NCBI GenBank assembly: GCA_946965045.2
Contig: OX337234.1
Span: forward strand, 2,294,001-2,358,000
DNA: 64,000 nt
Direction of reading: 5' to 3'
Source: Epithemia pelagica
Taxonomy: Eukaryota > Protista > Bacillariophyta
The translations under genes were made by a program, and so were the position numbers. Every line of letters starts with the position of its first letter. Positions within the stretch are counted from its first letter, which is position 1. The notes below the pieces were generated by a model, which saw only the letters and a program-made list of their open reading frames with translations, did not search any database and was not told the DNA's origin. Positions 1-10,029 of the stretch are shown piece after piece.

Positions 1-684
1 CGACTACTACGACGAAAGACCAACTCGGCAGAGGACCACAACCACCAACCAACAACATCAACCAGAGCTCGCAACACTCCACCAGGCACACCGCCTCCGA
101 CAAAAAGAACCGCCACCCACTTTTCAGACGACGGCAATGACGACGACGAAGATCCTTACAACGACGGCACAGACTGGACACAGGTCGCGACAAACATGGA
201 CCACAGCCACCAATACAATCGGCTCGCACACAAACCTGCGCAAAACGACGACCGCAAACCACCGGCACAACAAAACAGCTTTTCCGCCCTCGCAGAAGAT
301 GAACACTCCCACAACAACAAACGCCACCACGACGAGGACGACGTGGACAGAATGGAGACGGAAGAAGACAACGACGACGCACACTCCCAGTCTCTCATCC
401 CCCCGGACGATCTCGACGACAACGAGGCCCATCCGCAATACTCCGCACCAACAGGACACGAAATAGCACTGATCATGCAGTACGTCCGAAACAACAAACC
501 GTCCCGCACCGCAGAGATGCGAAAATACCTGCAACAAACAAAATCATTCGCGAATGATACCGACGCGGAAGACGCCTGGCGCTATGCTCAGTCTCTGGTT
601 CAGACTAGCAGCTCCAGCGTCGCCGGCTCCCGCACCGGCCATGTGGTCCCGCATGCAACATGGGCCAAAGAGCAAAATGAGTAA
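1..684 (+). CDS. ORF1 of the non-LTR element (5'-partial, acidic/low complexity, no recognisable domain)
   Basis: Frame +1 is open from base 1 to TAA 682-684 (track ORF 196..684 extends upstream without a stop). Same AC-rich composition as ORF2. Confidence 0.6.
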   Translation, partial: RLLRRKTNSAEDHNHQPTTSTRARNTPPGTPPPTKRTATHFSDDGNDDDEDPYNDGTDWTQVATNMDHSHQYNRLAHKPAQNDDRKPPAQQNSFSALAEDEHSHNNKRHHDEDDVDRMETEEDNDDAHSQSLIPPDDLDDNEAHPQYSAPTGHEIALIMQYVRNNKPSRTAEMRKYLQQTKSFANDTDAEDAWRYAQSLVQTSSSSVAGSRTGHVVPHATWAKEQNE

Positions 685-3600
685 CCAAGAAATCCTTCCT
701 CCGAGACACTGCCCGGTGCCCGACTGCCCATGGCAAGTGCCTCCACAATCCAACAAACCACATGCGTCCCTCAAGGAGCATCTCATCACCACCCACGGGG
801 AAACAAACCCCTCCGACTACATGACCACCAAATACTGCAGCCAACATGGGTTCCACTTGTGTCAAGAATGCGACACACCGACGACAATATTCACAACACA
901 AGGACACCTAAGAACACACATAACAAAAAAACATACTAGAAGTAAAACAAACATGCAACTAGTCCTTACAACCTACCGGAATACAACGCCAGAGATCGAA
1001 AACAACTGGAAGCAAAGCCTTGCCTTCCTGAACCAACTTCGCCCAAGCCCGCCCCCGTTCAGACGGTCCATATGGCACAAGACCAAACCCCCACTCAGGT
1101 CAGAATTTTATGTCACGTATAACAACGTGATAAAATGGGTCCTCGAATCAACGCCGACGTTGGCCCCAGCAATCCTCCGTGATCACACACTACCCAAACA
1201 CGACACCGACTCCAGCCCCCTCTGGAAGCTATTGCTCCTCCTGGAACCATTACTGTTGGCCCCCATCCAAAACACCGTCCACTTGACATACTCCAACGCT
1301 TTCCGTGCCAGACTTTCCCTGCTCAAAACAGGAAGAATCGAGGAACTCTACAACACAATTTGGCACCCAACACCACTGCCGCTCCAACCACAAAACAGAC
1401 AGCACAAGAAAAAACGACAACAGAAACAACGACTGAACACCCACAGCGACGGTCCAAACCTTCCACAGTGGAGACTCACCGCGGCCCAACACACCGCCGA
1501 CCTGGGAAACTACCGAGCAGCACTCAAAAGGCTGACGACGAATACTCCAACAGCAACCTTAACCCCACCAAGAATTGCAAGATGTCAGACAGAACTTTTC
1601 CCAAAACGACGACAACCACCACCTGGTACACGAGCACAAGGCCACACCAACTTACCGCCACCAACAAACCAATACCTGAAGCTAGAAGACAACATGACCG
1701 AACTAGCACTCCGACAAATGAAACCCGGAACGGCATCGGGACCGTTCGCCACATGCACCGACATACTAGCCGCAATGGCATTACATCGAACAACACGAGC
1801 GAAAGACGCCACCAAGCCATACTTCGGAAACATAAAAGCTCTCCTCCAACTGGTGGTGACCGCTCAGGTACCTCCACCGATACAAACATTGCTTGCCAGC
1901 AATTATTTCTTGGCGCTGCACAAAGACATCACCAACCCAGAAAAATTACGACCGATCGGAATTGGAACGGCGATTCGAAGAGTTGCCGCCAAAACAGCTC
2001 TCGTCCATATGACGGACGACATCACGCCACTTCTCCTCAAGGGCGGACAATATGGGATCCAAATCCCAGGCGGGGTCGACTTTGTCGCCCAGACAACCGC
2101 CATGGCGGTCCGGGAATACATCGACAAACACACAGACAACCAAAACACACCAACAGACGACCACAATGACGACCAAAACAACACAAAAACAGCAACAAAC
2201 TCCCCAAGCCGAGCTCTGATTTTGCTTGACTTGACCAACATGTTCAATAACGTGTCGCGCACCGAAGCACGACGAATTCTCTTGTCAGAGGACGCGACTT
2301 GCCCCCTAGTCCCGATCTTTGACCTTCTTTCCAACCATCCTTGCGACTCGTGGTACTTCAACGAAAACCACGAACCACATACACTGCAACAAGAAGAGGG
2401 ATTCCCACAAGGGTGCCCACTTAGCCCATTGTTCTCGTGCTTAGTCCTTCTAGCACTCACGAACCAGTTAAACAAAGAACAAGCAAAACGTGCATCAACA
2501 AGAAAACAGTCAGGAGACATCGGAGACGATAACAAAGGTGGTGTCGCTCATACGGCCTCGATAATGGACGACACATCCGTTTGTCTACCTCATTGTGACC
2601 TACCTTGGTTCCTCTCCCGCTTCCAAGAGCTTGGAGCTCCGCTCGGGATCATCCTCAATCACTCCAAAACCAAAATATTAACAACGACCACCGGCAACAC
2701 GGCCTGCGACACATTGCCCCGCCAAGCACAACAAAAAGTCCAGGAAGCACTATCCTTCCTCTGCCCCGATGAACCAGAACGGGCCGAAATCACCACAGGA
2801 GTCCGTTTCCTCGGACAGCCCATCGGCTCCCACGTATTTGCCAAACAATACATCAGAGAACGGTTAGACAAAATGGTCGACACAATGGATCGTATCAGCC
2901 AACTCCAAAACTTACAGACACAACACACGCTGTACAAATTCTCTTTGGTTGCATCAATCATGCATTTGCTCCCATCCGACATCACCCTTGCCAATCCCGC
3001 AGGCGATCAACGATCAACAATGTGGGACAGCGACACCACGAGACGAACCGACAAACTGACAGCACGCTTCCTCGCCCGTCTCACCTCCACCAGAGACACG
3101 GACGTCAACGAAACAGCGATAATTATTGCGTCACTCCCTCAACGCCTAGGAGGCCTTGGTTACCAAATGGCCTCCTCCGCAGCATACCCGCGATTTCTCA
3201 CTCAGACCGTGAGAGCAATCAAACTTGCGTCGTCCACAGACACACCTATTCCACACGTCCACAGCCGGCCCTTCCTCAACTGGGAAGACTCCACCACATC
3301 AACCATGACCAAATTCCGTAAAGGCCTCTCGCTTTTTGCCCACGAACTGGCAGACAAAGCTCTTTATACCCCATCTCGGTATGACAAAAACACACACAAC
3401 AGTATGATGAACCACATCATGAGAGAACACGCAATCGAAAGACTGTTCACGATAACAGACGCCAACCAACGCATCTTCTTACCTTCACTGCTCTCCCCAC
3501 TCACAAGCATGGTCTTTTCTCTGCCGTTGACAGCCTCCGAATTCCGACTTGAGAACGCGGTCTTCAAAACGGCAATGAAGAGAAAATTACGTCTACCAGT

Positions 3601-4591
3601 TTTCTCCCAAGACCCCAACCAACCGGCTCCTCATTCTTGCAAATGTGCCAAGAAAACCATACTCGACGCACACGGGGACCACTTGTTTTCGTGCAGCGCC
3701 GCCTCAAAGACTCCCCTATCGAACGCGATCAGAGACACCCTTTTTGATGTCCTGCGCCAAATAGCACCAGCAGCAAAAACAGTGGACACAAGTCTGGATG
3801 TCCATATAGAACCGCCTGGATTGGCTCCTCAGCACAACCGAAACATCCGGCCGGCGGACGTCGGTATGCTCCTTCGACAACCACACCGAAACCAGCACTT
3901 TCGATACGCCGCTATCGATATAACAGTCCCCCCTCCACAGAAACCACTGCCCATCCTGGACCCGTCTGACCACGAAAACATTGCCTGTATGGCCTCCAAG
4001 ACGCACCAGGACGCAGCGCGTGACAAATTCTGCCGAGACCCCACCACTGCACAACACCTCTACGACAACGGGGTATACCTCCTCCCCTTTACGGTCGATC
4101 ACCTCGGAGGCTTAGGTTCTTTCGCTGAACACCTGCTTTTCCCCAGTGAACACCAACCACACCTCTTTCATCCGGGCAAACCTCCAACGTGGGACGACCC
4201 ACACTTCGGAAAAAACAGTCTTCGCAGCAGTGCACACCCACAAGCCTTCGCACTCTTTCAGGAAACCACTCACGCCCCGGCCAATCTTCTCACCGCAGCC
4301 AACAAAGAGACAAAAAGATTTTGCTACCCAGAAGCCCATATATACTCGATGGGTCACTTTGCCAAGGCATCCCTCAGCCACGCCATCGTCACAAGCTTGG
4401 CAATCCATGTCAACAACCACATGACAGCCATCCACCAATATCACACCGCCCGACAGAAACGAACGACCCAATTGCAAAATCTTTCACGGCCATTTTTTGC
4501 ACCTATAACTCCAATATACTCCCCGGCCAGCATGGCACACTACCTGCCCACCGCGGCAACCGCCCCACTTCTCTGCGAACTCGCCGCTTAG
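554..4591 (+). CDS. ORF2: zinc finger + reverse transcriptase + restriction-like endonuclease (start at ATG 554 or 677)
   Basis: CPVPDC..HLITTH and CQEC..HITKKH fingers; RT motifs LRPIGIG, LDLTNMFN, GFPQGCPLSP, IMDD; RLE region CKC..HGDHLFSC, RPADV, AIDITV. Confidence 0.9.
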   Translation: MIPTRKTPGAMLSLWFRLAAPASPAPAPAMWSRMQHGPKSKMSNQEILPPRHCPVPDCPWQVPPQSNKPHASLKEHLITTHGETNPSDYMTTKYCSQHGFHLCQECDTPTTIFTTQGHLRTHITKKHTRSKTNMQLVLTTYRNTTPEIENNWKQSLAFLNQLRPSPPPFRRSIWHKTKPPLRSEFYVTYNNVIKWVLESTPTLAPAILRDHTLPKHDTDSSPLWKLLLLLEPLLLAPIQNTVHLTYSNAFRARLSLLKTGRIEELYNTIWHPTPLPLQPQNRQHKKKRQQKQRLNTHSDGPNLPQWRLTAAQHTADLGNYRAALKRLTTNTPTATLTPPRIARCQTELFPKRRQPPPGTRAQGHTNLPPPTNQYLKLEDNMTELALRQMKPGTASGPFATCTDILAAMALHRTTRAKDATKPYFGNIKALLQLVVTAQVPPPIQTLLASNYFLALHKDITNPEKLRPIGIGTAIRRVAAKTALVHMTDDITPLLLKGGQYGIQIPGGVDFVAQTTAMAVREYIDKHTDNQNTPTDDHNDDQNNTKTATNSPSRALILLDLTNMFNNVSRTEARRILLSEDATCPLVPIFDLLSNHPCDSWYFNENHEPHTLQQEEGFPQGCPLSPLFSCLVLLALTNQLNKEQAKRASTRKQSGDIGDDNKGGVAHTASIMDDTSVCLPHCDLPWFLSRFQELGAPLGIILNHSKTKILTTTTGNTACDTLPRQAQQKVQEALSFLCPDEPERAEITTGVRFLGQPIGSHVFAKQYIRERLDKMVDTMDRISQLQNLQTQHTLYKFSLVASIMHLLPSDITLANPAGDQRSTMWDSDTTRRTDKLTARFLARLTSTRDTDVNETAIIIASLPQRLGGLGYQMASSAAYPRFLTQTVRAIKLASSTDTPIPHVHSRPFLNWEDSTTSTMTKFRKGLSLFAHELADKALYTPSRYDKNTHNSMMNHIMREHAIERLFTITDANQRIFLPSLLSPLTSMVFSLPLTASEFRLENAVFKTAMKRKLRLPVFSQDPNQPAPHSCKCAKKTILDAHGDHLFSCSAASKTPLSNAIRDTLFDVLRQIAPAAKTVDTSLDVHIEPPGLAPQHNRNIRPADVGMLLRQPHRNQHFRYAAIDITVPPPQKPLPILDPSDHENIACMASKTHQDAARDKFCRDPTTAQHLYDNGVYLLPFTVDHLGGLGSFAEHLLFPSEHQPHLFHPGKPPTWDDPHFGKNSLRSSAHPQAFALFQETTHAPANLLTAANKETKRFCYPEAHIYSMGHFAKASLSHAIVTSLAIHVNNHMTAIHQYHTARQKRTTQLQNLSRPFFAPITPIYSPASMAHYLPTAATAPLLCELAA

Positions 4592-4614
4592 AAGTTCCCC
4601 CAAACACTAGAGCG

Positions 4615-4633
4615 TAAAATAAAATAAAAAAAA
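4615..4633 (+). repeat. (TAAAA)n/poly(A) 3' tail of the non-LTR element
   Basis: TAAAATAAAATAAAAAAAA, 23 nt after the ORF2 stop. Confidence 0.8.
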
Positions 4634-4640
4634 GAGACTA

Positions 4641-5459
4641 ATGGCATTATCCATATTCCCACCGATGATCTCACTGCGAAGATCATCTCCATTCTTTCTC
4701 AATCTCCTTTTGTCACTTTCTCGTGATGTTCTGTTATCTGTGCCCGATGACAACTCATGGTCAGCATCAGATACTCAACAATTCTTGCAAAGTGCCAAGG
4801 TCTCAGGGGTGTCGAAGGTGGGATTTTTGCGACATGGAAAAACTGGGCCAACTCCTGAAAATGGAGCTGATTTCGACCGACAGTTGACGGAAGAAGGCCG
4901 AGAACAAGCGACGGCCGCTGGACAAGCGTTTGGGAAAAGTCTTCTTCCTTTTCATAGTACTCTGCTTGCTTCTCCCGCTCCAAGAACTATGGATACTGCA
5001 AAGCTTTTCCTGGACTCTTCTGGTGGGTTGGAAAACATTCGAATTGAGCCAGTGCAATGGCTCTATGACGGAGCAATGCAACCAGAGGGAAGTGCGCTAT
5101 TTCGGAAACTTGGATATGCTCCTTTGGATGATTACGTGAACAGCGCAGACAAAGATGACCGTGAATCATCTCGAAAGGTATTGGGCAGCTACGCGTATTC
5201 TGCAATGAGGAGCATTTTGGAGACACTTCTTGCTGCTGAACGTGAATCTGCTGAAGGAGAAAATACTGGAGGAAAGGTTCTTTGGGTTGTAGGTCATGCG
5301 ATTTATCTGCCTTCTGTTGCACTGCAGGTTGCTCTACTGGCAAATTGCGATGAATCTTCCACAGATCTGATACTTTCCACTTCGACAAGAGAAGCGGAAG
5401 GTTTCCTTGTCGATTTAGAAGAGGCTAGCGTTAAGTCTTTGTCACGAGAAATGGTATAG
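4641..5459 (+). CDS. Histidine phosphatase / phosphoglycerate mutase-like protein (true start uncertain)
   Basis: FLRHGKT catalytic motif, LTEEGREQA, ASPAPRTMDTA, VVGHA. Confidence 0.75.
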   Translation: MALSIFPPMISLRRSSPFFLNLLLSLSRDVLLSVPDDNSWSASDTQQFLQSAKVSGVSKVGFLRHGKTGPTPENGADFDRQLTEEGREQATAAGQAFGKSLLPFHSTLLASPAPRTMDTAKLFLDSSGGLENIRIEPVQWLYDGAMQPEGSALFRKLGYAPLDDYVNSADKDDRESSRKVLGSYAYSAMRSILETLLAAERESAEGENTGGKVLWVVGHAIYLPSVALQVALLANCDESSTDLILSTSTREAEGFLVDLEEASVKSLSREMV

Positions 5460-5609
5460 ATCAATTTAGTGGTGCTACATGTGAATGCTTTTACTAGCTG
5501 CTTGTCCTTACACGACCGCGTGGACAGCTAACGCAAGCTGACTCCCTTTTCCGAAGGGTCATATGAAGCCTATCTTGGGCACTTTACAGTCCTTCATTTC
5601 ATCGTTTGT

Positions 5610-6889
5610 TTAGTTTTCTAGCGCAGTTGCTCCGGCCACAATTTCAAGAATTTCCTGGGTGACAGCTGCCTGACGAGCACGGTTGTATTCCAAACTCAAC
5701 TTCTTGGCAAGATCTCCAGCGTTGTCACTTGCACTCTGCATCGATTGCATACGGGCGGCAAGCTCGGAGGCAACAGATTCTTGGAGACAACGGAGGATTT
5801 GTCCGTTCAAGTAAAGAGGGAGGATGGAGTTGACAATCTGGACAGGGTCCTGTTCGAAGATCATGTCGTTAGGGAATTCTTGTGGTTCCGCAACTTCCAA
5901 CTCCTTGCGTTCGACAGCAAAGTCGCCAGAGGCAGTGGTGAGTTCAAAGACCTCGTCACCTTTGGCGGTGATTTCAGAGGCCGAGAAGGGGACCAAAGTA
6001 CGGACACTAGGGTTGGAAGCAATCAAGGAAACAAACTTGGTGTACATCAATTCGATGGCATCAGTTTCTCCAGAGAGGAAAGTGTTAAGAAGTTCTTCAG
6101 AGATGGCAAGGGCCTCCTTGGAGTTGGGGTTTTGACCGGTCTCAAAAGTTTTTCGGATGGGGTAGTTACGGCGGGAGAAATATTGAATACCTTTCTTTCC
6201 AACAAGAACCATATCGCACTCGACTCCAGAATCTTTGAGTTCCTTGAAACGAGCCTCGGCCTTCTTGATCATGAAAGCGTTGTATCCTCCGCACAAACCA
6301 CGGTCACCAGTAATGCAGCAAATTGTAACCTTTTTGACCTCACGTTGAGTCAAAAGGGGAAGATCAATAGCTTCACCGCCAAGACGGGAGATCAAGCCTC
6401 CAAAAACTGATTGGAGGGTTTCAGAGAAAGGCCGAGTAGCAAGCACGGCATCCTGGGCACGACGCACTTTCGCGGCGGCGACAAGTTTCATTGCCATGGT
6501 AATCTTTTTCGTGTTTTTCACACTGGTAATTCGGTCACGAATGGCTGCATGAGCAAGAGAAACAGATGAGATGTAAGCCTTCCATCAGTGAGCGATTTCA
6601 ACAATTTTATGGAGGTAAGGCGCCGCGATTTCCTCTCAGCTTCGAGCGCTTCACCATGGTAACGACTGAAAAAGATGGGGTGCGTACGTGTATTGCACAC
6701 ACAAAGTACTAACAATACCATATGCAGACACGTACCGTTTGCCTTTCCGTCGTGAACAACGGTGGCTTGGCGAGTGCGATGAGAATCCGAAACATCAGCA
6801 GTATTCACGGAGATTGCCTTTCTGAAGACATTAGGAGATGTAAAGGCGGTGGCAACAGCCAAGAGAGAGGCAAAGCAGAAGACCTTCAT
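5610..6889 (-). CDS. atpC: Plastid ATP synthase gamma subunit; exons 6889-6736 and 6544-5610 (intron 6545-6735)
   Basis: Spliced junction gives DGKAN-AIRDRITSVKNTKKITMAMKLVAAAK. Also GDRGLCGGYN and C-terminal NRARQAAVTQEILEI. Signal peptide ends ATA|FTS. The cysteine redox loop of plant gamma is absent, as expected for diatoms. Confidence 0.95.
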
Positions 6890-7678
6890 GGTGGCAGAGA
6901 GTTTGAGGACTTGAAGGCGTAAAGTTGGGCACAAATTGTCTGCATTTTCGGGGTTCAAATAGAGCCTCCATAGGGTTATCGATATAAGGTAAGTACGTCA
7001 CCGCGTACTACGTACTAGCACACGGAGGATCGACAAAGACCCCCATGAACACGGTGGCAGCAGATGTGCTATCGCGACAAAAAACAACTGGGAGCGAGCT
7101 CGGAGTGCGTGCTGGAGCGTTCTCGTGGACATACAAACGTGGGAGAGATAGGATTGGCTAGGTAGTGTTTATCCTGTCGCTGAACTCAACATCAAGCCAA
7201 GGGACGCTTGTCCTACGTCATGGGGAAAACAGTACAACCCAGCGTAGTAAAAGGATTGCGTCAAATGCCCAGTGACATACGCTGCAAAGTACAAAAAATC
7301 GGACTGTTCTACTATTTGCTCCTATTGTACGTGTCCATACTTCTTTCTCCGTCCAGCCGAAACGCGACCGCACACGAAACAATCCTAAATGTGCAATGTG
7401 CATGTGCGAGCGAGTACACGCTAATCATGACTGGCTTGCTTTCATTCATACTATTTTGTGCGATCTTTACGCGATCTCAATAATGAGCTTCGATCTGAAT
7501 CGCTGACGTGTCCATCGTCATTCGTCTTGTCAGTTTTCTCAGAGCCATCACAAAAAATACTACGAGTAATCACATTAATCGCATCTGAAGAACAGATACT
7601 CCTTGGAGTACTTGAGACGTAGATATTCGGAAAGCTGCCACCTACTCGACCAATAATTTGTAAAATCAAAGGACAACC

Positions 7679-8093
7679 ATGGTGAAGGTATCTGTGATTG
7701 CCGTGATGCTTTTGGCTATGAGCTTCTTCGATGGCTCGATTGCCTTCACCCTGGCCCCTCAGAGTCTTGTCCGAAAACCAGTTTCCTTGGATATGACTGT
7801 TTTGGCATACGGATCAAAGAAGAAGGATTTTAAGGAAGGCAGCCCCATGAGTACCGCTGTGAAGCAACTGGGCGTCCCAGTGAAGTATTCATGCAAAAAG
7901 TAAGGCTTCGCGGTTGATATCCTTTTATGGCATGACTGCTTTCTCACCTTTTGTGTATTCATTCCATAGAGGTGACTGTGCTACTTGTCAAATTTCACTT
8001 GCTGGACGGTACTGCAAACCTTGCGTTGCAAAGGTCCCAACAGCACCAAGACTTAAGTCTCTGCAGGAGAAAGGCCTGGAAATCCGAGTTTAG
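7679..8093 (+). CDS. Small plastid-targeted 2Fe-2S ferredoxin-like protein; exons 7679-7899 and 7970-8093
   Basis: Signal peptide + SIA|FTL. Splicing of GTAAGG..CATAG yields YSCKKGDCATC and a later CKPC, a Cx4Cx2C..C cluster motif. Confidence 0.8.
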
Positions 8094-8342
8094 AAAGCGC
8101 CTTTAGACATTTGATCCAGCAGATGAGAGACTGCGTTTTCTTTCAACACCAAGGAGAAACATCACCAAGACAACTTATTCTATTCGATTGACGTTATAGC
8201 AGAGAGTTGAGTAATCTCGGAAGTGTGACAGGATACGCAGTTTTCTTTGAGTTAGTTTTATCTTCACCACTGTTACATATCTTCGCATGACAGATAATCA
8301 CCAAGCATATTTGTAGCCATCAAACATTTGCAACAACGAAAT

Positions 8343-9586
8343 TTAGCGTTCACAGTTCATTTCTCTATCGGAGCTTGTATCCGCACAGAAGAATCTATCT
8401 CTTCCTTCGTCATCATATAATACACGAACTGCACCACCGACAACGATAGTACTTGGAGGCTTGACTTTATACTGGTCAGCCAATTCTGCAATATTCGACA
8501 TTTCACCCACAACTGTGCGTTGATTGGGACACCCTGCCCGCTCCACAATCGCCACTGGTGTGTCAGATGGATACCCTGCCAGTGACATCAATCGTTGGGA
8601 GAGTTCCTTCAACCGTCCCACGGCCATTAAGAAGACAATTGTTTGTTCCTTAAAGAGGGGTAAGTAGTAGTATCAGCATTTTCTCTCCAACGGATTATCA
8701 ACTAACCTTGTGATACTTGATCAGATCGGGTGATGTGCCGTCCCGACCGTACCCGGTGCACATGACAACCTGATTCGAGACACCTCTATGGGTGACTGGT
8801 ATGTTACCCAAGAGAGGTGCGGAGAATGCTGCCGATACGCCCTACCCAGAGCAGAGAACAAAGAAAAGAGTATTCAGAGCTTCTGCAACAGGAGCAATTG
8901 AGGAAACGATGTGTTTCTGTCTGTAGACCTACCGGTATGACAGTGGGTTCCACCCCGAATTCTCGAAACTTTAAGACTTCTTCTCCCCCTCTACCAAACA
9001 CAAAAGGATCACCAATTTTAAGTCGAATGACATGACGTCCTTGATTCAGCCCTTGATAGCACCACCAATAAATTTCTTCTTGGGCCAAATCGGCACATCC
9101 AGGAAGCTTTCGGGCCACCTTGATTTCAGGTGCCTCTATCAGATCCAATATTTCTTGTGAGACAAGGCGATCGACAACAACCAATGCATTTTCTTTCGTA
9201 GCGGTGTCGGTCAAAAGGCGATAAGCCGACACTGTTAACAGGTTTGGATCACCTGGGCCGGATCCAAGTAAGGTGATCTTTCCACCATTCGGCAGCTGGT
9301 TGGGAAGAGGCCGCTCCCTCGATTCACTGAGAGGTGGAAGGTCTGAACTTAAAGGCACGCCCCACTCGTTTTCTTCCACGGAGGATTTTAATTTTGCCCA
9401 TTGTCGACTATCTGCTCTCGACCAGAAAAATGATGTTTCATGGACAGGTCTTCTTGAAAGCTCAGGCCGCACGGAGCTCTTTCTGCGACACAAGAAGCTT
9501 GTCAATGCTCCAACTGGCGAGATAGATGCCAATAGGAGCAGTATAACTCGATTGAATCTGCATATCCACCGTATCTTGAGAGTCAT
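8343..9586 (-). CDS. UPM1: Uroporphyrinogen-III C-methyltransferase (siroheme synthesis); exons 9586-8933, 8841-8707, 8648-8343
   Basis: LLGSGPGDPNLLTV, RLKIGDPFVFGRGGEE, spliced IPGVSAAFSAP..IPVTHRG, FLMAVGRL, PVAIVERAGCP. Confidence 0.9.
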
Positions 9587-10029
9587 GGTGGGATGGATTC
9601 TTTTGGGCACAGACCTGTTCGGCTTTTTCTTGGCTTTTTTTTTTTGGCTTCAGCCAACCAAGAAAAGAACGCCTGGTGTGGGTCTGAAGCAGAACGAACA
9701 GATGGTCACGGCGCCCTGTAGTCTTGTCTCACATTTTAGTCGCTTGTGAATTCATCAAAGTTGGTCGCATTTGTAATCTCACAAAGCACCCCCATAGTTT
9801 TGTGGTTGCTATAGTAGACAGGGTAGTACTTGTTCCTTCTCTAATTCATCTCGAAGCAGACTACTGGGTTGTTGTGGGTTTCTTGGCCTCACTGATCCGT
9901 CTCAAGCAAGCAATGTCGATTAGATGAAGTCATCGGACTTGGCAGTGAAAAGGAAATGATGGAGAGGAAAACATCATTTAACTCAAGCTATGAATACTCC
10001 TATTCTGCAGGTTTCCAGAATAATTGAAT

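Larger units (their letters stand above)
1..4633 (+). mobile_element. Non-LTR retrotransposon, RLE type (CRE-like clade), 5' end outside window
   Basis: ORF2 carries two C2H2 zinc fingers, an RT and a C-terminal CxC..H..C knuckle plus PD-(D/E)xK-like endonuclease. A 23-nt 3' UTR is followed by a TAAAA TAAAA TAAAAAAAA tail at 4615-4633. Confidence 0.88.

Noticed and set aside
124-2535. Several 100-270-aa alternative-frame ORFs in the non-LTR element
   Set aside because: Explained by the extreme A/C strand bias, which depletes stop codons.
5745-6410. 221-aa plus-strand ORF opposite atpC (similar shadows over FNR, FARSB and the FG-GAP gene)
   Set aside because: Antisense shadow of a conserved, codon-biased gene; no motifs of its own.
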